In this document: positions 9,422-16,702 of the stretch, piece after piece
Layout of the letters: each line of letters begins with the position of its first letter
Numbering within the stretch: the stretch's first letter is position 1
From: Pseudomonadota bacterium
GTDB taxonomy: Bacteria > Desulfobacterota > Binatia > UBA1149
DNA: 64,000 nucleotides
Assembly: GCA_014382245.1 (NCBI GenBank)
Contig: JACNKC010000048.1
Coordinates: forward strand, 2,032-66,031
Reading direction: 5' to 3'
Translations under genes and position numbers: made by a program
The notes under the pieces: model-generated
Told to the model about the DNA's origin: nothing
The model's input: the letters and a program-made list of their open reading frames with translations, nothing else
Database searches by the model: none

Positions 9422-10690
9422 ATGTCCGGACGGATACTTCACCTGCTCTCGCAGAGGCCCCTGCTCACCGGTAGTGGCATCACCCTTGACGCCCTGGTCT
9501 CCAACGCGACCGCGGCGGGCTGGAAGCAACGCGTACTCGTGGGCGTGCCCGGCGATCGCGTTCCGGCTGGCGTCGGCGGCCTGCCGAGCGCCGACGTGGC
9601 CTGCGTGACCTTTCAAGCAGTGGATGGGCAGGCGGCCGCCGTCCCCGGCACGACCGATCTCGACTTCGCCCTGCCGGGCATGAGCGACGTGATGCCCTAC
9701 GCGAGCTCGCGCTTCAGCGAGCTCGCACCCGCGCAGCTGGCCGCTTACCGCGATGCCTGGCGTGAGGCCATACGAAAGCAGCTGGAGGATTTCAGCCCCG
9801 ACCTCGTGCACGCTCACCACGCCTGGATAGTGGCGTCGCTGGTCAAGGACGTGGCTCCCTCGTTGCCGGTGGTCATGCACGCGCACGGCACCTGTCACAG
9901 GCAGATGTCGCTCTGTCCCGGCCTTGCCGATTCCTTGCGTAGCAGCCTCGTGCGCAACGAGCGCCTGCTCGTGCTGCACCGGCAGCAGTCGGGCGAGTAC
10001 CAGCGCGCGCTGGGCTTTGCACCCGGGCGGGTGGAGGTCGTAGGCGCCGGCTACAACGATGCCCTGTTTAATCTGCAGGGGCGTGAGCCCGACCCCGGGC
10101 CGGTGTTGTTGTACGCCGGCAAACTGGCCGCGGCCAAGGGACTGCCTCAGTTGCTCGACGCGGTTGAGGTGTTGGCCGCGCGCGTGCCCGGCCTTCTGTT
10201 GCAGGTGGCCGGCGGCGGGCAGGGCCGCGAGGCCGATGCGCTGCGGCGGCGTATGAAAGAAATGTCGCCGCTGGTAAAATTTCATGGTCGGCTTGACCAG
10301 CCCGAGCTGGCCGCGCTCATGCGGCGCTCGGCTGTGTTCGTGCTGCCGTCGTTCTACGAGGGGCTGCCCCTGGTGCTGGCCGAGGCACTTGCCTGCGGCT
10401 GCCGCCTGGTCGCCACCGACCTGCCGGGCTTGCGCGAGGCCATGGCCGCAAGGCTGGGCGAGGCCCTGGCACTGCTGCCGGCCCCGGCCATGAAGGCGGT
10501 GGACACGCCGCGCGAAGACGCCCTGCCGGCCTTCGTGCGGGCGCTCACCGACACGCTGGAAGCGGGCTTGGCCGCCGGCGCTCTCAAGCCCGAAACGCTG
10601 GCCGACAGCCTGGCGGCCTTCTCCTGGAAGGCAGTGTTTGAGCGGGTGCAGTCGGCCTGGATCGAAGCGAGCGAGGCGGCCGGCCGCTAG
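9422..10690 (+). CDS. GT4-type (group 1) glycosyltransferase
   Basis: Has the C-terminal GT-B signature PSFYEGLPLVLAEALACGCRLVATD. The first ATG is at 9422. Confidence 0.8.
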   Translation: MSGRILHLLSQRPLLTGSGITLDALVSNATAAGWKQRVLVGVPGDRVPAGVGGLPSADVACVTFQAVDGQAAAVPGTTDLDFALPGMSDVMPYASSRFSELAPAQLAAYRDAWREAIRKQLEDFSPDLVHAHHAWIVASLVKDVAPSLPVVMHAHGTCHRQMSLCPGLADSLRSSLVRNERLLVLHRQQSGEYQRALGFAPGRVEVVGAGYNDALFNLQGREPDPGPVLLYAGKLAAAKGLPQLLDAVEVLAARVPGLLLQVAGGGQGREADALRRRMKEMSPLVKFHGRLDQPELAALMRRSAVFVLPSFYEGLPLVLAEALACGCRLVATDLPGLREAMAARLGEALALLPAPAMKAVDTPREDALPAFVRALTDTLEAGLAAGALKPETLADSLAAFSWKAVFERVQSAWIEASEAAGR

Positions 10691-10722
10691 GGCTGTGCAG
10701 GCTCTGCTGGAGTCCCCGTCGC

Positions 10723-11934
10723 CTACAGTACCGAGCCGTCTTTCTTGCCCTCGGCAATCTCATCCCAGTCCAGGCCCAGCTCGAGCAGCACCTGCTCGGT
10801 GTGCTCGCCGTGCTCGGGTGCGCGCGTGAGGGTGGGCGGGGTTTCGTCGAACTGTACCGGGTTGGCCACCAGGCGCACCTGCCGGCCGTTGACCTCGATC
10901 TCGGGCAGGTAGCCATTGGCCTCGGTCTGCGGGTCGGCCAGCACCTCGGGCGTGGTCTGGTAGGGTGCCCACGCGCCCTCGGCGTCGGCCAGGGCTTCGC
11001 ACCACTGGGCCAGCGTGCGCGAGGCAAAGATCGCGTCGAGCTCGGCCACGCAGGCCTCGGCGTTGTGGTAGCGCGACACCGCGTCTTTGAAACGCTCGTC
11101 GGTGATGAGGTCTTCGCGGTCCATGCGGCGGCACAGGTCGGGCCACCAGCGGTCGGCCTGCAGGTAGTTGAACATGATCCAGCGGCCGTCTTTCGTTCCG
11201 TAAGTGCCTACAACGGGGTTGGGACTGCTGCCGTGGTCAAACGACGGCATGGCGCTGCCGGTGAGATCGGCAGCCACGAGATCGGCGCCCAGCGACCACA
11301 TGGCCGTGCCCATCAGCGATACGTCGACCACCGAGGGTTCGCCGCTGCGCTCGCGCTTGAGCAGGGCCGCGGCTATGCCACCGGCTATGGTCATGGCGCC
11401 GATCGAATCGCCCAGCGCTGCGCGCGGCATCACCGGGTATTCCATCCAGTCCCGTGTTATGGCCTGGCCCACGCCGCCCCGGCTCCAGAAAGCCGTGCCG
11501 TCGTAGCCGGCCTTTTCGGCGTCTGGTCCGCGGACTCCTTGTCCGCTGCCACGCACGTAGATGATGTCGGGGTTGACCGCGCGTATGTCGGCCAGGTCAA
11601 TGGCCAGCTTGCGGCGCGCGGGGGTGAGGAAGTTGGTGAGAAACACGTCGCTGCTCTTGGCCAGGCGGTAGAGTATCTCGCGGCCGCGCTCGGTGGCGAG
11701 GTCGAGCCCGACGCTGCGCTTGCCGCGGTTGGATTGCTCCATCATGAAGTTAACGCCGCTGGTGTCGCCCGGTATCAGGCCCGAGGCTACAAGCCCGCGC
11801 TGCCCGTCACCGCTCACCGGGTGCTCGATCTTGATGACGTCCGCGCCCCAGTCGGCCAGCACGGCACCGGCGGCGGGCACGAACCACCACTGGGCTACTT
11901 CGAGCACCCGGATACCCTTGAGATGATCCTGCAT
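10723..11934 (-). CDS. Family III CoA-transferase (CaiB/BaiF type)
   Basis: Has N-terminal GIRVLEVAQWWFVPAAGAVLADWGADVIKIE and a GYD catalytic-Asp region. Confidence 0.85.
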   Translation of the reverse strand: MQDHLKGIRVLEVAQWWFVPAAGAVLADWGADVIKIEHPVSGDGQRGLVASGLIPGDTSGVNFMMEQSNRGKRSVGLDLATERGREILYRLAKSSDVFLTNFLTPARRKLAIDLADIRAVNPDIIYVRGSGQGVRGPDAEKAGYDGTAFWSRGGVGQAITRDWMEYPVMPRAALGDSIGAMTIAGGIAAALLKRERSGEPSVVDVSLMGTAMWSLGADLVAADLTGSAMPSFDHGSSPNPVVGTYGTKDGRWIMFNYLQADRWWPDLCRRMDREDLITDERFKDAVSRYHNAEACVAELDAIFASRTLAQWCEALADAEGAWAPYQTTPEVLADPQTEANGYLPEIEVNGRQVRLVANPVQFDETPPTLTRAPEHGEHTEQVLLELGLDWDEIAEGKKDGSVL

Positions 11935-11994
11935 GGGCTGGGTTTACTACTCCGCCACCCGGGGAGCAAGGCCTGCAGTTGAGGCTGGCAGGGC

Positions 11995-13425
11995 TTACTG
12001 TTTGCCGTCGTCCAGGTAGCCCAGCGCCCGCAGGGCCTCGCGCTGGCGGTCGCTGAGCGGTAGCGGGGCTTTTTCGCGCGAGCCGTCGCCGGCCTGTTCG
12101 CCGACGGTGGCCACCAGGGCCTCGCGCAGTTTGCGCGATTCGTCGAGCCGTCGCTGCATCCGATCGCGAAGCAGCAGGGCCAACGCGCCTTGTCCGCGTG
12201 CGATGTCGTGCTGCTCCAGCGGGTCGGCCGCCAGGTTGTAAAGGCTTGTCCGGCCGCCGCGGCGGTCGACGATGAGTTTCCAGGGTGGCGCGCGCAGGGC
12301 CCTGAGTGGTCGGTAACCCCAGGCGGCCACGGCGTCGAGCCTGGGGTCGGCGCCGCCGCGCGCGAGCTCCAGCAGCGAGTGGCCCTGCAACATACCCGAG
12401 GACTCAAGGCCCATGAGCTCGAGCAGGCTCGGCAGCACGTCGACCAGCCGCACCTGGGCGGTCACCCGCACGCCCTCCTTCAGCCTTCCCGCTGCGCGCA
12501 CTATCAGCGGCACGTGCAACTGGTCGTCGAACAGGGTCAGGCCGTGGCGCCGGTCGAGCGCCCCGTGCTCGCCGAAGGCTTCGCCGTGATCGGAGGTGAG
12601 CAGCACGATGGTGTTGTCGTCGAGGCCGGCCGCGGCCAGCGAATCGAGTACCCGGCCCACGGCCGAATCAACGTAGTGTATCTCGCCGTCGTAAAGTGGC
12701 AGGTCGCGTTTCACTTCGGGGTAGGGGCTGTCGTAGTCCACCGCCGCGAACAGCCGCGCGTGTTCGGCGGGGGGGGTGTAGGGCTCGTGCGGGTCGAGGT
12801 AGTGCAGGTAGAGGAAGAACGGTGAGCGGGCACTGTCGCGCTCGGCCAGCCAGGCCCGGGCCCTGTCGGTGACGTCGCGGGTGGTCGTGTCCTCCCACTC
12901 AAAGCTGCTCCAGTCGGCGCGGGCCTGCATGTCGTGGGTGAGATCGGGAAACACGCTGGCGAATTCGTCGTAGCCCTGGGCGAAGCCGAACAGCGAATCC
13001 ACCTGTATGTTGGCCACCACGGCCGCCGTGTCGTAGCCGGCCGCCGCCAGGCGCTCGGCCAGTGTCAGGGCGCCCGCGGGCAGCACGTCGCAGCCCTCGC
13101 GTGGCAGGTTGTGGCTGGCGCAGGTAAGCCCGAGGGATTCAGGCAGCAGCCCGGTCAACAGGGTTGCGGCCGATGGCCTGGTCCAGGGGGCGGGCGCGAT
13201 GGCCTGCTCAAAGAGCACGCCCTGCTCGGCCAGCGCGTCGATTGCCGGGCTGGTCGCAAGGGGGTAGCCGTAGCCCCCGAGGTGGTCGGCGCGCAGGGTG
13301 TCGACCACGATCAGCAACAGGTTCGGCTTAGCGGGTTCCGACCGCGTGCAGCCCCCGGTTGAGAGCGCGACCAGTAACAAGGCCAGGCAGCTTGTTTCAA
13401 AGAATCCAGGCCTTCTCATCCCCAA
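11995..13425 (-). CDS. Sulfatase-like alkaline-phosphatase-superfamily lipoprotein
   Basis: Has a signal with lipobox-like STGGC, a metal-binding VVDTLRADHLGGYGY motif and a later SDHGE motif. The usual C/S-x-P-x-R position reads T-R-P-S-A (see findings). Confidence 0.7.
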   Translation of the reverse strand: MGMRRPGFFETSCLALLLVALSTGGCTRSEPAKPNLLLIVVDTLRADHLGGYGYPLATSPAIDALAEQGVLFEQAIAPAPWTRPSAATLLTGLLPESLGLTCASHNLPREGCDVLPAGALTLAERLAAAGYDTAAVVANIQVDSLFGFAQGYDEFASVFPDLTHDMQARADWSSFEWEDTTTRDVTDRARAWLAERDSARSPFFLYLHYLDPHEPYTPPAEHARLFAAVDYDSPYPEVKRDLPLYDGEIHYVDSAVGRVLDSLAAAGLDDNTIVLLTSDHGEAFGEHGALDRRHGLTLFDDQLHVPLIVRAAGRLKEGVRVTAQVRLVDVLPSLLELMGLESSGMLQGHSLLELARGGADPRLDAVAAWGYRPLRALRAPPWKLIVDRRGGRTSLYNLAADPLEQHDIARGQGALALLLRDRMQRRLDESRKLREALVATVGEQAGDGSREKAPLPLSDRQREALRALGYLDDGKQ

Positions 13426-13584
13426 CAGGTGTTACCCGGCGGCGCGGTGGGAGCAAGAACGGGTTGGGCGACCCCGCAACTGGGGGGGGCTTGAACGCGA
13501 AACTAACGCGCTGGCGGGCTGGGAGGCAATTTTTACCCACATGAGGGGTGGTCTGGACAGGAGAACCCTGGTTATAGTGTCCTT

Positions 13585-14661
13585 ATGTTCTCGCAGGTCC
13601 GGGGAGGGGTCCGGGTGCGCGCCTTGTTGTGTGCCCTCGGTGTGGCGTTGTGCGTTCCTGGCGTGGCGAAGGCGCAGGTTCTGCCCTGGCCGGGGGACGC
13701 CGGCATAGAAATCGCTGCCGTGGGCGATCCTGGCGGGCTGCCGGCTGCCTACGAACCCAGCGGTGCGGTGTGGCACACTCGCCTGGACGCGTTGTTCGTT
13801 GTCAGTGACCGCGGTGACGTGAGCCGCCTTGATGCCAACGGCGGCAACGTGACCACCTGGTCGCCCGGTGGCGATCTCGAGGCCGTTACGCTGATCGATC
13901 CTGCCACTGACCTGCTTTATCTCGGCCGCGAAAATCCCGACGCCATACTCGAATTCGACTTCGTGACGGGCACGCTAACCGGCGAGCAGTGGGACCTGAC
14001 ACCGTGGATGAACGGTGCGGCCAACCAGGGACTGGAGGGCCTGACCTGGGTCGACGGCCTGTTCTACGCATCGCATCAGGGCGAGGGTAACGTGTACGTG
14101 TTCGAGCTGTCGGCTGGTGGTGTAGCCCAGTTGGTAAACCTGTTTCCGGCTCCCGGTGGCAGGACCGACATGGCGGGCATGCACTACGACGCCGACGCCC
14201 AGGTTCTTTACGGCATACACGACGGTGATAACGTTCTGGTCGAAATGGAGCGGCACGGGGCCCTGTTGCGCGAAACCTTTCTGCCCGGCAACACCCAGGA
14301 AGGCATAGCCCTGTTACCCGACTGCGCGACCGGCCTGTCGACAGTATTCCTCAGTGAGGACGCCGGCGCGGTGGTTAGCTACGAGTGGTTCCCGGTCACC
14401 TGTGTTGACCCGGCGGTGACGCTCTCGCCCTGCGGTGACGTAAACGGAGATCTGATCATCAACGTTATCGACGCGATGCTGACCGCCCAGTTCCAGGTGG
14501 GCCTGCGTGTCTGCCAGTCGATGTCGCGCTTCGATCTCTGCGACATCACTCCGGCGCCCGGCGATGGCCTGTGCAACGTGGTCGACGCCATGCGAATGGC
14601 CCAGTGCAGTGTCGGCCTGGTTTCCTGTAACTTTACCTGCGCGGTACTTGGTTGTCCCTGA
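13585..14661 (+). CDS. Secreted protein with a C-terminal dockerin-like calcium-binding repeat pair
   Basis: Has a signal peptide ending VAKA. The C-terminus carries GDVNGDLIINVIDAMLTAQ and a second degenerate copy (GDGLCNVVDAMRMAQ). The N-terminal body looks like a beta-propeller with weak resemblance to SdiA-regulated/YjiK-type domains. Confidence 0.55.
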   Translation: MFSQVRGGVRVRALLCALGVALCVPGVAKAQVLPWPGDAGIEIAAVGDPGGLPAAYEPSGAVWHTRLDALFVVSDRGDVSRLDANGGNVTTWSPGGDLEAVTLIDPATDLLYLGRENPDAILEFDFVTGTLTGEQWDLTPWMNGAANQGLEGLTWVDGLFYASHQGEGNVYVFELSAGGVAQLVNLFPAPGGRTDMAGMHYDADAQVLYGIHDGDNVLVEMERHGALLRETFLPGNTQEGIALLPDCATGLSTVFLSEDAGAVVSYEWFPVTCVDPAVTLSPCGDVNGDLIINVIDAMLTAQFQVGLRVCQSMSRFDLCDITPAPGDGLCNVVDAMRMAQCSVGLVSCNFTCAVLGCP

Positions 14662-14681
14662 ACAAACCCACCGGCAGGCCT

Positions 14682-14861
14682 CCCTACCCAGCTCCCCGGA
14701 CGGGAAGCCCTACCCAGCTCCCCGGACGGGAAGCCCTACCCAGCTCCCCGGACGGGAAGCCCTACCCAGCTCCCCGGACGGGAAGCCCTACCCAGCTCCC
14801 CGGACGGGAAGCCCTACCCAGCTCCCCGGACGGGAAGCCCTACCCAGCTCCCCGGACGGGG
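14682..14861. repeat. Perfect 26-bp tandem repeat (CCCTACCCAGCTCCCCGGACGGGAAG), about 6.9 copies, intergenic between convergent genes
   Basis: Direct reading shows units starting at 14682, 14708, 14734, 14760, 14786, 14812 and 14838. All are identical and there are no spacers. Confidence 0.95.
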
Positions 14862-14917
14862 ATACGCACCTTTTTTTTTACAGGCTCGCGCCTGTCACAA
14901 AAAAGAGAGCGCATCCC

Positions 14918-16033
14918 CTAGAACTTGACGTTGATGTCCAGCCGGGCGCGCCAGTCGTCGTCGTTCGGTGACCCAAGGGCATCGTCGGCCCGCGACACCA
15001 GCAACCAGGGATGCACGTCAACGTTGTCGAAAGCCTTGTAGTGCAATCCAACGATATGCGCGCGCAGGTTTGTCTGCACTGTCATGTCGTCCTGCGAAAC
15101 CACTGACAACACCGCGTCCTGCCCCACGACCTGCCATTGGTAGTAACCCTGCATGTCGCCGACCTCGTTCTTGCTGCCGGCCTTTACGCCCAGCGACCAA
15201 CCGTAGTCCTCGTCGGGCTCGGCCCCGGTGTTGGCTATGAATTCACCCGACATCGTGACGGGCAGGCCGTTGTGGTCGCAGCTCACCGAAAACGAGGGGT
15301 TAATGATGTCGAAGTCGGACAGGAAATCATTGCCAGCCATGTCGGTGCGATTTCCCGAGTTGTCGGCGAATACCGTCTGGTCACCGCCCGGCGTCAAGTC
15401 ACTGTAGTGATAGTAATTCAACGCAGCCTTCACGGCAGCCTGGCCGACGGTGGTCGAGGCCGACACCCCGGCGGTCACAGCGGTCACCTCGTTACCATTG
15501 CCGTTTTCATTGAGAATGTAGGTGGTTACCGCGGCCCTGACGTTGTCGAGTTTACCCAGGCTACCGGCCGAGTACACCAGCGCGATGCCCTCGGGTTGCA
15601 CGTCGCCGTCCCAAACCAGCTCGTTGTACACCGCGTAGTTTTTCAGTACGTGCGAAAACTTGCCCGCCGTGATCGAAAGGCCTTCTGCCGCGGCCGGTTT
15701 CCAGCCGATCCACGCCCGGTCGAGGGCCACGTCCCAGTCGTTGAAGCTACTGCCGAAGGTCTGGTGGCTGCTGTTGGGGTCGTCGGTGTTACCTGTTACC
15801 AGGCGGGCCCCCAGCGTTATCTCGTCATTGATCGAGTAGGTGGCGCCTATGCGAGCACGCACGCGCTCGCGGTGCCGGTCACGGCCTGTTTCCACGAAGG
15901 TGCTTTCGTGGCGCAGGCGGAAATCGCCTGACAGGTCGAGCCCGTCAACAGCGCTGATGGCCGGGATTGGCAGGGCCGAAGTGGCGCCCACGAGCAACGC
16001 GGTGAATGCAACCGTAGCAATGATCCTGTTCAT
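14918..16033 (-). CDS. Outer-membrane porin-like beta-barrel protein
   Basis: Has a signal peptide, alternating amphipathic strands rich in G/Y/D/N, and a C-terminal NVKF. It is the last gene of the Mo-enzyme operon. Confidence 0.6.
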   Translation of the reverse strand: MNRIIATVAFTALLVGATSALPIPAISAVDGLDLSGDFRLRHESTFVETGRDRHRERVRARIGATYSINDEITLGARLVTGNTDDPNSSHQTFGSSFNDWDVALDRAWIGWKPAAAEGLSITAGKFSHVLKNYAVYNELVWDGDVQPEGIALVYSAGSLGKLDNVRAAVTTYILNENGNGNEVTAVTAGVSASTTVGQAAVKAALNYYHYSDLTPGGDQTVFADNSGNRTDMAGNDFLSDFDIINPSFSVSCDHNGLPVTMSGEFIANTGAEPDEDYGWSLGVKAGSKNEVGDMQGYYQWQVVGQDAVLSVVSQDDMTVQTNLRAHIVGLHYKAFDNVDVHPWLLVSRADDALGSPNDDDWRARLDINVKF

Positions 16034-16066
16034 GGTACTCTCCTTTTTTTCAGACGGTTTCGAAGT

Positions 16067-16702
16067 TCAGCGTAGCAGCTCTATTTCAACTCCAGGGGTC
16101 TTGCCCCCGGTGACGTTCACGCTCACCGGTTCGGCCCTCATGCGTTCGTTCCATATCTCGAGTTCGTAGTCACCCGGTGGAACGTTGTCGATGGTGAACG
16201 CGCCAGCGCTATCGGTGACCGAGAAGTAGGGGTTGTCGCGTACCACGACGTAGGCCACCATCAGGGCGTGCAGTTTGCACAGCTGGGTGTAAGTGCCGGT
16301 CTCCTTGAAAGTCCAGGTTTTTGAACCACCCTGCCCCCAGCTTCCGAGGTCGTAGGACTCACCGTCGGGTGAGAACACCGTGTGCTCGGCTGCATCGCTG
16401 TTCACGAATTTGACAGTCGTACCCTTGAGCACGGGCAGTACCCTGGGTACGAACTGCATGTCTTTCTGGTCCATCACCGGTTGTTCGGTCGGTGTCTTGA
16501 AATCTCCAGCTATGGCCTTGATGGCGACGACGGTGTTTTTTACATAGCGCTCGCGCCCAACCACCTTGCCGCTGATGGTTCCGGCGGCCGCCTGTTCTGC
16601 GCCCAGCAACAGCAAAGCTGACATGCCCAGCAACAACGCGGGGCGCAATCGGTGGCCGATGGACGGGCGGGACGAGTAACGATGGGCGGAGATGTTTTTC
16701 AT
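16067..16702 (-). CDS. Periplasmic type-1 copper (cupredoxin, amicyanin-like) protein embedded in a CarboxypepD_reg-like fold
   Basis: Has a signal peptide. Candidate copper ligands are H in AAEHTV and C-K-L-H-A-L-M (C-x2-H-x2-M spacing). Flanking GTISGKVVG and FTIDNVPPGDYELEIW segments are typical of carboxypeptidase-regulatory-like domains. Its start overlaps the stop of the Mo subunit gene. Confidence 0.55.
   Translation of the reverse strand: MKNISAHRYSSRPSIGHRLRPALLLGMSALLLLGAEQAAAGTISGKVVGRERYVKNTVVAIKAIAGDFKTPTEQPVMDQKDMQFVPRVLPVLKGTTVKFVNSDAAEHTVFSPDGESYDLGSWGQGGSKTWTFKETGTYTQLCKLHALMVAYVVVRDNPYFSVTDSAGAFTIDNVPPGDYELEIWNERMRAEPVSVNVTGGKTPGVEIELLR

Noticed and set aside
14682-14861. 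The 26-bp repeat array as a possible CRISPR array.
   Set aside because: The units are directly abutting with no spacers, and there are no cas genes in the window. It is a simple tandem repeat.
14871-14906. T9-ACAGGC-TCGC-GCCTGT-CAC-A6 as a bidirectional Rho-independent terminator between convergent genes.
   Set aside because: The polarity is wrong on both strands: the U-tract precedes the hairpin and the A-tract follows it, whichever strand is transcribed. It is better described as an extended inverted repeat. Terminator function is not supported by the canonical model.
14507-14971. ORFs 14507..14971 and 14652..14921, which encode repetitive PGREALPSSPDGKPYPAPRTGSPTQL peptides.
   Set aside because: They are translations of the 26-bp repeat (78-nt protein period). 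They overlap the real stop of the upstream gene and the 3' end of the porin gene, and have no RBS or plausible start context.
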